Shown here one piece after another: positions 1 through 14,550 of a DNA stretch of 64,000 nucleotides. Numbering within the stretch: position 1 is the stretch's first letter; the number at the start of each line of letters is the position of its first letter. Location: positions 13,775,186-13,839,185 of the forward strand of contig NC_069007.1 in NCBI RefSeq assembly GCF_001194135.2, given 5' to 3'. This stretch comes from Octopus bimaculoides (taxonomy: Eukaryota). A program made the translations under genes and the position numbers. The notes beneath the pieces are model-generated. The model was given only the letters and a program-made list of their open reading frames with translations, searched no databases and was not told where the DNA came from.

Positions 1-582
1 GCATGACACAGAGTGTGACAAGGCCGGCCTTTTGAAATACATGTACTACTCATTTTTACCAGCTGAGTGGGCTGGAGCAACGTGAAATAAAGTGTCTTGC
101 TCAAGGGCACAATGCGTCATCACAGGAATTGAACTCACGACCTTACGATCGTGAGCCGAATGTCCTAACCACTAAGCCATGCACCTTCACTATATATATG
201 TATAATATTAATCCTTTCTATGGTAGAAGGCCTGAAATTTGGGGGAGGCAGTTGATTACATCAACCCCCCAGTACTCAATTGGTACTTATTCTATCGACC
301 CTGAAAGGATGAAAGGCAAAGTCAACCTCGGAAGAATTTGAACTCAGAACATGAAGACAGACAAAATACCGCTAAGCATTTTGCCCGGCGTGTTAATGTT
401 ACTGCAGGCTTGCCATCTTAATAGGTACACCATATCTTCTACAGGTTGCGTGAGACTAAAAGTCAGTGTCCAGAAGAGCATCAGTCTCTTACACAGTGGT
501 ACAAAAAGTTCCATCTAACCCATACTGGTCTAGAGAATCGAACAAAAAAGTTTTACATAACAGATCCCTACCAATTTCATAC

Positions 583-905
583 GCGCAGGAGTGGCTGTGT
601 GGTAAGAAGCTTGCTTACCAACCACTATAGCCTCAGGCCGAGCAAAGCCTTGTGAGTGAATTTGGTAGATGGAAACTGAAAGAAGCCCTTCATATGTCTG
701 TGTATCTGTGTTTGTCCCCTCACCATCACTTGACAACCAATGTTAGTGTATTTACCTCCCCATAACTTAGTTGTTCGGCAAAACAGACTGATAGAACAAG
801 TACTAGGCTTACAAAGAGTAAGTCCTGGAGTCAATTTGTTCAACTAAAGGTGGTGCTCCAGCGTGGCCACAGTCAAATGACCGAAACAAATAAATGAATA
901 AAAGA
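583..905 (+). mobile_element. Major SINE family A copy (internally deleted)
   Basis: Head gcgcaggagtggctgtgtggtaag, core gtggatttggtagayggaaactgaaagaagc, tail ggtgctccagcatggcc.cagtcaaatgac. Confidence 0.85.
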
Positions 906-1108
906 ATATATAAAAAAAAAGAAGTACTGATTTCTTGGTGTTTTGAGTGAATCATCAATAGTTTAGTGTGGCCCACCAGGAGTACCTGTCTCGTCAAACA
1001 CCAATACTTGGCCTTCAGGTATCTCTAGCAGACTGCACTGTAGCAGTCAATCATAACAGACCCCTACCAATTACTGCCCTTGTGTGGAAGGCCTGATATT
1101 TGGTTTAA

Positions 1109-1315
1109 CCTTTTAGCATTCAAACTGGCCATATCCAGCTTAAATAACCCATTTTATGTTCAAACCAGTCAGATCTATCTAGCCTCTCGTGTCTAATCTA
1201 CAATCTACTCCTAAAAATTACGAAAACCTCAAAGCTACAAGATAATACAGGATTATACAGTTCTATATTTAAGAGATGAGGAATTATGTACATTATTTAC
1301 CTTATTTACATTTGA
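1109..1315 (+). mobile_element. Partial family-1 MITE
   Basis: TTAA|CCTTTTAGCATT then family internal sequence, degenerate 3' end. Confidence 0.6.
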
Positions 1316-1338
1316 CGGATATCTGTCCTCATCTTGCT

Positions 1339-1348
1339 NNNNNNNNNN

Positions 1349-1408
<60 letters not shown>

Positions 1409-1530
1409 ATATCTATCTATCTATATATCTATCTATCTATATATCTATCTATCTATATATCTATCTATCTATATATATATCTATATCTATATATATATCT
1501 ATATCTATATATCTATATCTATATATATAT
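1339..1530 (+). repeat. (CTAT)n/(AT)n compound microsatellite
   Basis: Direct reading. Confidence 0.95.
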
Positions 1531-3339
1531 ACACACACGACGGGCTTCTTTCAGTATCCGTCTACCAAATCTACTCACAAAGCTTATTTGTCTACTTGCT
1601 TTCATCACAGTAATGTGGCCTCCTTGATAACTAATTCTCTATCAAAAAGGTCACAGTAGCATGATGAAGTTTAGTAAATTATAAAAAAAAATAAAAAATA
1701 AAAAACACTCAAGGGAACTGCAATCAGTGCATGTGCCTATTGGCAATATGACCCCACCAAGGTACATTTGTTTCAACAGTTTCAAAGCAAGTTCAAAAAC
1801 GGAATAAAATAATATTTCTGTATCACTTCTTGCAAACTTAAATTGCCAACTAGAAGATTTATTCGATGATTAGAGAGCTTAAATAATTATGCACCTAAAT
1901 AAGTATATCCAAAACAAATGAACTGTACAGAGGCCTCCTTGTTGGAAGTATTTAAGGGGTGGGGGCCTTCAAATTCAGGACAACCTCAAGACACAAACTA
2001 ACAGCAATAGTAGTTGTAATACTACCACTACTACTAACAATAAGAGCAGATTGTTTTGATGGGTGTGTGGTTATATTAATTCTGTTAATCGAATGCAGAA
2101 AAGATAAAAGGTTGCTATGTTTATGCTTTCTTTGAGGACATCACATGAAACTGACAGGCTAACCTAGTTTTTCAAGTGACCAAAAGCTGTAAAATGATTG
2201 GAGACAGGAAGGGCATCCAACCATAAAAAAAATCATGCCACAGACAATGTGAAAACCCATCCAACAAATAAAAAATTTAAGGGAAAAATATTTCCAATGT
2301 CTACAGACAGTTCTGGAAGGACAACAAGAATGTCTTAACCGCCAAGAACAGCTGAAGACATTCCAATGTTTGTAGACTGATATAAGACTTTTTTGCTTAA
2401 ATTATATTGCGCAGCCAGTACAAGTTGGCCAGAGGACCCGAGGGCCTACAACAGAGTGTCAAGCGCTAAAATATCACCAATTGTTAAGACAAATTTGTGA
2501 AGATGCTTGTCCTTGTGGTTAGGATGTTGTACTCAATCACAGGATTGTGGTTTCAATTTTCAGGCCAGTTACTGCATTGTGTTCTTGGGTGAAGCACTTT
2601 ATTTCCCACTGTTGCAGTTCACCCAGATGTAAAACACTAAATTTGTACTGGACTGGTGTCCTGTCCAAGAGAATGGTGTGATCTCAGTCACAGAAACCAG
2701 GTAACTGGCCCGGTACGTACTGGGGCTAAAAAGAAAAATTGCACACAACCCCTTTTGACAAGATTCAAAGTTTATTTAGTGATTACAAAAGTCGCTTGAA
2801 GGGACCATGTCTACATATAATGGCCTTTACAACCTCACCAAAACCGAAAGATACTTGCCTGAGGTGCTATGCAGTGAGATTGAACTTGAAACCACATGAC
2901 TGTAAAGCAAAAGTTAAATCTGTATTTGTGAATTCAAGCCAACAAGGAACCCCTAAAAGCTAGAAATAGCAGCCAAATCTTTTTACAAAGGTAAAAACCT
3001 CATTTTTTTGAATGGGAGAATTGCAGGTTCAATTTAAGGTCAGTACGAAAAGCAAGGGCCTGCCTCTAGAAAGATTTGGTCTCAAAATGGCACTAATTCT
3101 AAGAAATTTAGTTCAGCACCATCATTATAATCATCCTTGCCTTCATAAAATGCCTCTTGACAAGAGAAATGACAAACACTTGAATCATCCCATCAAATAA
3201 CTGGTACTTATTGACTTTGTGAAAGGTTAACCTCTGATTAACAACCAACACCCAAGATCGTCTCTGGTTACAGGATGATCAAAACCACTCGTAAAAGGTT
3301 CAGAGTTAAAATTAAAACTTACCATTGCTACTTAAGTTC

Positions 3340-3960
3340 TTAAGATCATGACCCAAACAAACTTTTCCCATCTTGTGTATCATGTGCAATATATAGGACA
3401 TATTTCCTTGGTGTCCATGCATTTGATACACATTCCCAATTTTTATATCAACCATCGTAGTAACTTGGGACTTAGGAAACAAAAACTTGATATTACTCAG
3501 AACATGAAACAAGGGCCAAATAAAAGTCCGAAAATGAGCAGACGTTTAGTATAAATTTATTAAAATGCTTTAAACTGGCAAAGAATTAAGGCAGTTTACA
3601 AAATCTCTCCAAATTCTTGATTATTTTCATAACTGATGAAAGCTAATCCATTAGAAATTTGGTGACGATTATGAAAATTCCCTGGCATCCATGCATATGA
3701 TACATATTCCCCCTTTTTTTTTTTCAACCTCCACAACTTGGGACTTAGAAAAGGAAAACTTGATATTACTTAGATCATGAAACAAGGGCCAACTATAAGC
3801 CTGAAAACCAGGACAGATGATCAGGACAAACTTTTTAAAAGGCTTTAAACTGATAAAGAAAGAGTTAAGAGTTTTAAAAAATCCTTCCAATTTTTTGATT
3901 ATTTTCATAATAGATTAAAACTAATCAATTAGAAATATCATGATAATTATGAAAAATATT
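3340..3960 (+). repeat. Diverged direct duplication, ~275-bp unit
   Basis: ccatgcat..gatac..acttgggacttag..aacttgatattact.ag.catgaaacaagggccaa occurs at ~3414 and ~3687. Confidence 0.75.
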
Positions 3961-4318
3961 TTTAAAAAAAAAAGAAAAAAAAAGGAGGGGCTCAAATCAA
4001 GGTTTGAACACGCAATAGTAGGTGACGTTTTGTACTAGAAAACCACAGTATTAACTACCAAGAGAACAAACCAGGTCAGATGATAAACAGAAACTATGCT
4101 ATCTGCAAAGATAAAAACTGATCAAAATTTAACATCTTACACAATCATGTTGAGTTCTTGTTTTACAGCAACTAAATTAAATCTTCAGCATGACCCAGCT
4201 GAAATAAACAATGTCAGGGTTCAAAGGTCAACAGTGATTAGACATTAAATCAATCTTGATTTTCCTTTTTAACCCTCTTTAAACAGATCTACCCTAAAGT
4301 CACCTGTCTTTGATAATT

Positions 4319-4370
<52 letters not shown>

Positions 4371-6128
4371 GGTGTGGTGAATAAATTGTCTAAATTACGC
4401 AAATATGAAAATAACACTGACATCGCATTTTAACAGATATATTTACCAAAATTACATTAAAAATATCATGAAATCCTAAGGAGTAAATTTATTAAAGCAT
4501 GGAAAAGTGGATAACAAATGAAAGATATATATGTACGAATGTGTGTGTGTAATAATTTCCTAAATAAATTGCTCTTCAAATTTGAGGCTCTGATGAAGCT
4601 ATAAGGTATTAGTCAGGAACTCATGAGTCCACTGCATCTTATAGCAGAAATAGCTGTAAGCTACTGAAGTTCATACAATAATTGTTCATTCCTTTGTCAT
4701 CTCATTTTCTTTTGAGATATGTATATATATATATATATANNNNNNNNNNNNNNNNNNNNNNNNNNNNNNNNNNNNNNNNNNNNNNNNNNNNNNNNNNNNN
4801 NNNNNNNNNNNNNNNNNNNNNNNNNNNNNNNNNNNNNNNNNNNNNNNNNNNNNNNNNNNNNNNNNNNNNNNNNNNNNNNNNNNNNNNNNNNNNNNNNNNN
4901 NNNNNNNNNNNNNNNNNNNNNNNNNNNNNNNNNNNNNNNNNNNNNNNNNNNNNNNNNNNNNNNNNNNNNNNNNNNNNNNNNNNNNNNNNNNNNNNNNNNN
5001 NNNNNNNNNNNNNNNNNNNNNNNNNNNNNNNNNNNNNNNNNNNNNNNNNNNNNNNNNNNNNNNNNNNNNNNNNNNNNNNNNNNNNNNNNNNNNNNNNNNN
5101 NNNNNNNNNNNNNNNNNNNNNNNNNNNNNNNNNNNNNNNNNNNNNNNNNNNNNNNNNNNNNNNNNNNNNNNNNNNNNNNNNNNNNNNNNNNNNNNNNNNN
5201 NNNNNNNNNNNNNNNNNNNNNNNNNNNNNNNNNNNNNNNNNNNNNNNNNNNNNNNNNNNNNNNNNNNNNNNNNNNNNNNNNNNNNNNNNNNNNNNNNNNN
5301 NNNNNNNNNNNNNNNNNNNNNNNNNNNNNNNNNNNNNNNNNNNNNNNNNNNNNNNNNNNNNNNNNNNNNNNNNNNNNNNNNNNNNNNNNNNNNNNNNNNN
5401 NNNNNNNNNNNNNNNNNNNNNNNNNNNNNNNNNNNNNNNNNNNNNNNNATATATGTAATGAATATAATAATAAAGGCGGACAATTATTTTTTATTTTTTA
5501 TTTTTTTTGTAAACAAATAATACAGTATTATTACATAAGCATTTTATAATGTTTCTTACTTTTCTGGAAACTTGCCACGTATCAGCAGCTGGTGGACCGT
5601 GGACCAACACCGGTCCACGGTCCACCATTTTGAGTAGCACTGATTTAGAATATTTAAGAGTAAGGTGAATAAAACAGAATGGAGAAGTAGAATTATAACT
5701 TCTATTTCACCATACTCTAATTAAATATTCTAAATGACCAGAGATACTCATCCTGCTTTGGTTTTGTTGTCCATTTTCCTTTAACATAGAGTGAGTGTGT
5801 GTACACATTAAACATAGTGAGTTAACAGTGCTTCACTCCTACAATATAATGTAGGACATATTTGTAGGGAATTTTTAGCCAACACTGTTACAGCAACTTC
5901 AGGCAATTTGTCTGTACATGTAAATGTGTATGAGGACATAAATAGGGGGGGGGNNNNNNNNNNNNNNNNNNNNNNNNNNNNNNNNNNNNNNNNNNNNNNN
6001 NNNNNNNNNNNNNNNNNNNNNNATATTTGTCAGGCCATTCACTACCTACGAAGTGTTGTGTTATTTTATTCAACACCTCAACACAAGGAAATCTATACCC
6101 TCAATGTTCTTTCAGCTGTAACAAACTC

Positions 6129-6160
<32 letters not shown>

Positions 6161-9100
6161 AGAGAGAGAGAGAAAGAGAAAGAAAGAGAGAGGTAGGTAA
6201 AGAGAAGGGTAAGGTAGGTCAGTGATAGTGTTTAATGACACCCACCTCGTTAACATGGAGACCGTTCATACAGAATTCATACGAAGTAGGAGTGATGTAA
6301 AATTGGTTCTGTTGTATATTTAAGCATGTACAAACATTGGGCACCCAGACTTTTGTGGAATTTCTGGCGCAGTGACAGGGAAGTAGAAGTTTAAATAAAA
6401 TAAGTCTTGACATGACGAATGACTGATTAAAATATTATATAGCTGGTGGGAGTTTTAGTCCTATCAATCCTGAGATCACTCAGGTTATTTAACCTTAGAT
6501 TGACCCTGATGAAACTGAGTTACAAGTAAAGACAACCCAACTACAATAGTCCTGTCTATTTCAGGTATAATACAGACTGCATTATCAAACATAATTTTTA
6601 TTCAGGCAGTAGGGTCCAATTTTAGGGATACGCCACTGTTAGTTCTAACAGATTGATCAAACAAATAGAAGTTTACTGAGTCTGGCAGTTCAGACATTTC
6701 AGGCTTCTTTAAAATAAAAGAAAAACTTGAATATTTTTGGCACCATCCCATCAGTTTGCCTCTGTATAATTCTTTCTTTACCATGGAATTGGACAATTTC
6801 AAAGTGACCATCTCAATTTTCTAAACAGTAACTTTTAACCTTCACAACATCCTCCCCATCAGGAGAAATGCTGCCCTAATTGCTACTTAGTGACCTAATT
6901 AATGTTAGTGAAGCTGTAAAAATTGTAGTAATAGTAGTAGTAGTATATACAGAAAGGGACAGGAGTTATTTACAGACTACTACAGCTTCTGTAGCAAACA
7001 GATTCTTACTCTGAGCTAAAAGGAATTAGGTTTGAAAAATATGGAACAAGTATGATGATGCAACAATGGTGAGATTTGGGCCCTAAATATCAATGATTCA
7101 TGGAATCCAGGCATAAACTTGTCTTGTCGTATTAGGTGGTGGTCTTGAAGGAGTGCTTGACCATTCCGGTCCTTCAACCTCGTCACAATCACTCCTTGGT
7201 AATGCCAGGAATGTTTAGGATGGCCTTGTTTCTACACCGGAATAAGGGATATTCTCTGTAAGGGGTGTGTAATTAGGGGTGTGTAATTAGGGGAGTGGGT
7301 TTACCTTTCTTTCAAGTCATTGTTTTTGTCCACTTCTGTAAATCTTTTATTCTTTTATACATCTCAGCCAAAAGGCTGTGGCCATGCTGGAGCACCACCA
7401 GTGAATATAAAAGCCTCCCGCATAACAAGCGGGGATACTTACCATACTACCAAGGACCGGTGGTATAGTGGTTGGTTATATTCCAGATAAAAACCACTAG
7501 CACACCTAGAATTACACATTTAATGCCCACTTTCCATGCTTGCATAGGCCAGATGGAATTAAGGCAGATTTTTCTACAGCTGGATGTCCTTCCTGTCACC
7601 AACCCTCACCTGTTTACAGACAAGGTAGTCTTTCCCCATGGCCAGACAAGTTTTTCATGGAAGACTAGAAACAGCATTGCTTGTATGATGATGCTCATTT
7701 ACACTCAAGTGATGTCAAGGCAACACACAAACATATTCACACAATTCTTCAAAAGCACAGATGTCATATAAACCTGCAGGAAAGCTGATGTAGAAGTGAG
7801 GTAGGAAGATGGTCCTCGGGTACTAAAGATAGTTATTGTGTGTGATCAAGAGATAGGTAAATGAAGAATCTGTGGCAGATGGGGAAAAATGAGGCAAGTA
7901 TGGTCTGTTGGACATTGGAAGATATTGTATTATCTAAGGAAGGGCCATTTGACTGATCAAAATTAAGTCCCCTCACACAGACACCAACCCCAACAAATGG
8001 ATCCCCATAAGCCTACTCCAGCATCTGGACATGTTTTTTCCTCTGCTGTCATAACAATGGCTTCTAATCCCAAGACCCCGCTAGTCTCCTATTACTTTCA
8101 CTCAAGCACTCTTGACATAAATTACTTAGATTATGTCCAACCAAACAGGTGCCATTAACCACTGATACCACCAGAACGTTTGCCTTCAGGAATCACCTCC
8201 AAACTCACACCCACCTCACCACCACAGGGATTGACTTGCAGTGCTCACAGTGGAATATTAACAGTATCAATTACATAACACACTCAGAGAGATATACAAG
8301 GGGTCACAGGAACTGCCACTTTTTCTACATTTAACAAAACAAAGCCTAAAAAGATATGGGGGTAGTTATGATTTGTTAGACATATGGTGTTAACTGAAAC
8401 CCAACTGTCAAGGTAGAAAATTAAAGGTAATGCCAACATCTTGGATTGAATCCAAAGAAAGGTCATTCAACTTAACACAAGTCCCTTACAGGTGTACTCC
8501 AATCCTGTTGGTATATCCCCAACCACTGGGCCACAACCATGTTCTCTACTGCTACAACAATTATAGTAACCAAAAAAAAAAAAANNNNNNNNNNAAAAAA
8601 AAAAAAAAAGTGCATATTTTTAGTGGAGGTCATGCATGGAAGACCAAGACGAAGGATAAAAATATATGGCAAAGTCAGATGTTGGATATCAAAGAATAGC
8701 AACAGGCTACTAATATTCCATAAGATATATTCAGCCAAAATATACCAAAATGGAAAAATAGAGGATGAGAATATTTCTGAGTAATTAAAGGAGTTTCATG
8801 GTGGAGTGACTCACAGAGTTATAGATGATATACTGGTTCAATCCTTACCTGGTGCTCAACACTCTTTATAAAATACATTCATACCCACATCTGTCCCATA
8901 TTATCAGAAGTCAAAATGGGGCCTACTACAAGTCCTGTTGAGAGAATAACCAAAAAAAAACGACTGTGTTAAGGGCTGACATTGCCAAATGATTTATAGC
9001 TATCATCTACCACCAACAGGGTTCAAATCACAGTATGGGAAATCTTTATACCGTGGTAAACATTTTTCACGTCTACTACAATCAATACCCAACAGTGAGG

Positions 9101-10641
9101 TAGACCAAGACAGTAAAGATTAGAGCAAGGTTCTACCCAGGATCAAAGTGCCCAGGATCAAACTCCAGAATCATGCGCAGGTGTCAAATACCTTATTTCA
9201 GCCAAAACACACCTCCAATAAACTCCCTAAAGGTTTTTAAAATGGGGACAGCAGCAGGCATCAAAAAGTACTGAATAATTGGCTTTTGCTAGCTTGCAGT
9301 TTTGGTTTTAACCCTTGATGCCAACCTGCCTAAGACCACCCCTGATTCTATGATACAAACTTCCTGTGACAAGTTTGCTTCCCAACCATGGCACCAGCAT
9401 TAGAGGGGTTGCCATCTCCTCAAATGGACTAAAAAGTTCTCTTGAAACATGGGTTTATTCTTTCAATGAGGTTGGCAAATGAGTAAAGAAAGACCAATGA
9501 CTATCCAGTATTAATAATGATCTTGTAAACCCACCTAGGTAAATAATTAGCAATCCCCTTGAAGGATTCATAATTCAATAATGACCAAGTGTCTTGTTTT
9601 CTACAGAGTAAGTAGAAAGAGAATCAGTTCAACACTACCATGTTATAATTTAGCAATCCTTACCAAAACCAAAGTTGTAGCTAAGCATAGAGTTGCTATG
9701 GTAACAGTTCTAACCGAAAATATAATTAGAAATCTAGACCAAAAAAAAAAAATGTTAATTCTAGGACAAGATAAAAAAAGCGAAGAAGATTTGCTTCTGT
9801 TTTTATTAATAACGTAAATGACTTCTCATTTCTCTCCATCGTAATCTGATTAATTCTTAGACAGGGCTGCCATGTCAGGCAGAGACTAACAGAATTGCTA
9901 TAAATCAAGAAAGCAAAACAAAAACTGTCCAAGGAAGCATTTTATGTGTACAAAAAAGTCACCTCCATTGAAGAGGGGACTGTGACTACACATTATCACT
10001 ACTAGAGAACATTAGTTCCATGGTATCTAACAAGATACCAGGGAACATTCTGGAACCAGACAACTTCATTGGTGGTCAATTTTTTGAAAAAGAATCTGAA
10101 AAATTCTTGGCAAATGGTTTCACTTTAAGCAATTGTCTTCTATAGATCCAGGCTAATCAATGCCCTACAAGTTAATATGGTAAATGGAAACTGTGTGGAA
10201 GCCTGTTGTGTTAGTGTGTAGAAAGGTATGTCCATCCTTCCACTGCTTGTCAACTGGTGTTGGTTTATCTATGTCCCTGCAACTTAACCAGTTCCACAAA
10301 AGAGACCAATACAATAGGTATCACACTTAAAAAACCAGTTCTGAGGTTGATTTGTTTAACCAAAACATCCAAAGCAGTGCTCCAGCAAGGCCACGATTAA
10401 AACAAGTAAAGAAAAAGGATTCTGTATGTTTAATATGAAAACATTTTCTTTGTAACAGTTTCAAAAATGTCATTCTTGGCAAAGCAGAAATAATTCTTGG
10501 CAAAGAGGTTCACGATAAACATTCTTAGATTTGCCATCTTTGAACATTGACTAAAGATTGAAGGATTCTAACATCTCAAACATCGGGAAACTGTCACAGA
10601 ACAAATTATCTTTTAAAACATGGAAGAAAAGAAACCTTTAA

Positions 10642-10861
10642 CCCTTTAGCATTTAAACTGGCTATATCCAGCCCAAATGTTCCACATATTTTACATTCCA
10701 TCTGGCCATATCAAGCCTCTCACACCTAACCTACACTGACATTGTAACAATAATCACATCATCTAAACCGCAACACTATAAGATTATGCATGATTAATTT
10801 TAAACAATTTTAATGAAAAAATAAGCATTACATTTGACAGAACAATCTGAATGTTAAAGGG
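10642..10861 (+). mobile_element. piggyBac-type MITE (family 1, ~220 bp), complete copy
   Basis: TTAA|CCCTTTAGCATT ... AATGTTAAAGGG|TTAA. Confidence 0.85.
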
Positions 10862-12109
10862 TTAAATTGTTCCTGGATATCTTTATGGGTCCAATTCTTA
10901 AAATTATTTTGTGATGAACTAAGTTATAAGGACCGAAGCAGATCTTTTCCTGCTCTTGCAGGCTGCTTGGTAGCCTGTGCCTCACCAGTGCCAGTGGCAT
11001 AATAAAAGCAGCCAGTACACCCTGTGATGTAGTTAGCATAAGGAATGGCATCCAGTTATAGAAACTGTGCCAAAGATGGTATAGGAGCTCAACATCGCCC
11101 TGTGACTCGCCAGATCCTGTCAAACCATCCAACCCATGCCAGCATAGAAAACGGATGTTAGATGATGACCTTTAACAGCAGCACTGAGAATATGCCCAAG
11201 GGGAGAATTGGAAAGAATAATAATAGAAATGTGTAACTTTCACCAGTGAATTATGAATATTTTAGAGCTGAATATAAACACACAGAGGATGTATATATCC
11301 CAATAAATAATATCAAAGTGTTCAGTAGAATATGATGAAAAATACATAAGCATCAGTGACTTCATTTTCGAGTAACTCAGATACAGGCAGTTGAGTAAAC
11401 ACTCACAAATATTTATATCTAAAAGCCACATTATAGCTTTATTTCAATCAACTGGACAAGTTCTGAAATGGCGAAATATCCACAAATGGACGTCTTTTGT
11501 TCAGAAATGCTTTGTCATTTAGCCCCTGGTCAGTCATGAAGTAGAACTACAATAAAATATGCTATGGCCTTGTTTTTGATTGTAACAGTATTTGTGGATA
11601 AACAGTGAATGATACAATAGAGAACTTAACCTTTCAGGAACACAAAATGTGTAATTTGAGAAAGATTTGACAGCCATTTCTATCCTGTCGTTCTATTGTA
11701 TAGACATTGCAAATTATCTAATCAATTATAGAATGTAATTAGTTATAATAATTAGCAAGTAGCATTTGTGCTGACCATGTCACTCTCACAAATATTGACA
11801 TTGGTTATTATCAGGGATGATATGGCAACAAAAAAAAAACTGGTTCAATACAGAAATATGCGTGTGTCATCGTCATCATGGTTTTAATGTCCACTTGTGC
11901 TTGCAGAGGTCACATGAAAATTGTTGAGGCAGATTTTCTATGGCCAAAATTCCCTTCCTGCTGCCAATCCTCGTAACATTTCCCTGTGGCCCAGAAGATT
12001 GTCAACAGATGGCGCCACTTGTGTGAGGTTGATGTTTGTTCACTAAGTCACATGATGTCACGAGGAGGTGGTGCTAATATATACAATGATCTTTCAGTTT
12101 CCAAGTGCA

Positions 12110-12478
12110 TTTTCTTTTATTTATTTCAGTCATTTGACTGCGGCCATGCTGGGGCACCACCTTTTTAGTCGAGCAAATCAACCCCAGGACTTATCCTTTG
12201 TAAGCCTAGTACTTATTCTATCAGTCTATTTTGCCGAACTGCTAAGTTATGAGGACGTAAACACACCAACATCGGTTGTCAAGCAATGGTGTACACGGGG
12301 ACACACACACATAGCAGGCTTCGTTCAGTTTCCATCTACCAAATCCACTCACAAGGCTCCAGTCGACCTGAGGCCATAGAACACATTTGCCCAAGGTGTC
12401 ACACAGTGGGACTGAACCCAGAGCCATGTGGTTGGTAAACAAGCTTTTTAGCACACAGCCATACACACAGTTTACATT
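12110..12478 (-). mobile_element. SINE family A copy
   Basis: Reverse complement of the family head, core and tail. Confidence 0.85.
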
Positions 12479-14550
12479 AGCTTAAATCATGCATATTCAT
12501 AAGTCATGCTGTTTGTGGTGTTCTATCAGCATATCCCTGTCAAACAAAATAAATCCTCTGCTAGTTTTGTGATTTTGAAGGTACATGGAATAAAAGATTC
12601 CTTACATGAAAAACAGCTTAGGGTTAGCACCAGGAAGAGCATCCTGCTGTAAAACAATGCCTCAACAATATATCTAACCCAGTGTATCAATGGACCCCAT
12701 TTATTCCTATTTTACACTGGTGGACCCTCCTAGATATTAAATATTTAACCCTTTCGTTACAGTATTTCTGATGAGATGCTCTGTGTTTCTTTGAATTACT
12801 TTAAATATAACAAAGAATTTAGTAAAATAACTTAGTTATCATTAAGCCAGTGTTAGGAACATAAATTGTGACTAAGGTTTGGTGAAAGATTTTAATTCAA
12901 AACTTATAAAAACGAGACATTTTGTACTACAGAACCAGGTGGTTTTAGCTTTTTACATCAATGAAGTCTCAAAATTATGAAATAATGCATGATGAATTTA
13001 TGATGAATATATATGCATTACATTTGACAGAGTAATCAATGCTAAAGGGCTAAAGTCATTTTGTGGCACAAGTTGTTTGGGGCCATTCAACACCTCTTCA
13101 TGCTCTTATCCCATTAAACATCAAATGCTAATAGGGAAGGTAATTAACATTTTTTTTTTTTCATATCAGTAATCAGACAACGAATAGAAAACTCAACAGA
13201 TCATCATACGATGACAGGCAGGGACTGGCAGACTTGTGCCATAGGATGCAGTGTTTGGTATGGTTTTTACACTCAATTCAAATATCATAAAAATTAACTG
13301 GGTTTTTCATTCTTTTGGTATTCATAAAACAAATACTGGATCAATTTTCTGTTTTTTTTCTTCTTAACTTTAGGCTTTACGCTTGTACTTGGATAGGCCT
13401 CTATGCTATAACTGGTTTATATTAAAGAATAAAGAAATTGTGAGTTGGAATCAGAGTCTGTATAGTTTCACAGCCCTGTGTGACAGGCTTCTTTCAGTTT
13501 CCGTCAACCAAATCCACTCACAAGGCTTTAATCAGCCCAAGGCTATAGTAGAAGACACTTGTCCAAGGTTCCATGCAGTGGGACTGAACCCGGAACCATG
13601 TGGTTAGGAAGCAAACTTCTTGCCACAGCCACATCTAATAATTNNNNNNNNNNNNNNNNNNNNNNNNNNNNNNNNNNNNNNNNNNNNNNNNNNNNNNNNN
13701 NNNNNNNNNNNNNNNNNNNNNNNNNNNNNNNNNNNNNNNNNNNNNNNNNNNNNNNNNNNNNNNNNNNNNNNNNNNNNNNNNNNNNNNNNNNNNNNNNNNN
13801 NNNNNNNNNNNNNNNNNNNNNNNNNNNNNNNNNNNNNNNNNNNNNNNNNNNNNNNNNNNNNNNNNNNNNNNNNNNNNNNNNNNNNNNNNNNNNNNNNNNN
13901 NNNNNNNNNNNNNNNNNNNNNNNNNNNNNNNNNNNNNNNNNNNNNNNNNNNNNNNNNNNNNNNNNNNNNNNNNNNNNNNNNNNNNNNNNNATAAGGTAAA
14001 TATACATCCATTGTTATTATTGTATACACCCCACTGCCTTCTACATACATTTAATATCATACACCATTGTAACAATCAATTTGTTGACCGACTTTGTAAT
14101 TAAGAATTTCACTTAAGGAGAAGAAAAGAACTCTCTCGTGATTGAAAGGGGGGGATGGGGGGGGGTAATTTGTAAAGGTGACCCACAACTACATCACTGT
14201 GACAAATGAGGAGGGGGCAGCAGGGAGGAATGTGGCTGGTGTGGATAAAGGAATTTCATTACCAAGTTATGCATGGATTGTGAATTTATAACTGGTTGTA
14301 GTCTGTTTTATTGGGTTTCTTGGTATAGTACAGTTTCACAGATCTCATTTCACCTCGTTGTGGATGAGATAACTAAGTACTCACTACCATCATCACCATA
14401 GCCAGCCAGCCACATCAACAAATGCCAGTCAGTATCTACTATATCTTGAGTTGTCTTGCTACATAAGATAACATCTTGATTTAATCTAAAGCAAATTCCT
14501 TAACCTTCTGAGGCTATGGTGGGTTTCCTTATAATGTACAGAGTCCTACA

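Noticed and set aside
3317-3400. Consensus donor ATG|GTAAGT on the minus strand
   Set aside because: It sits at the edge of an old duplicated repeat, with no clear acceptor and no CpG-retaining context.
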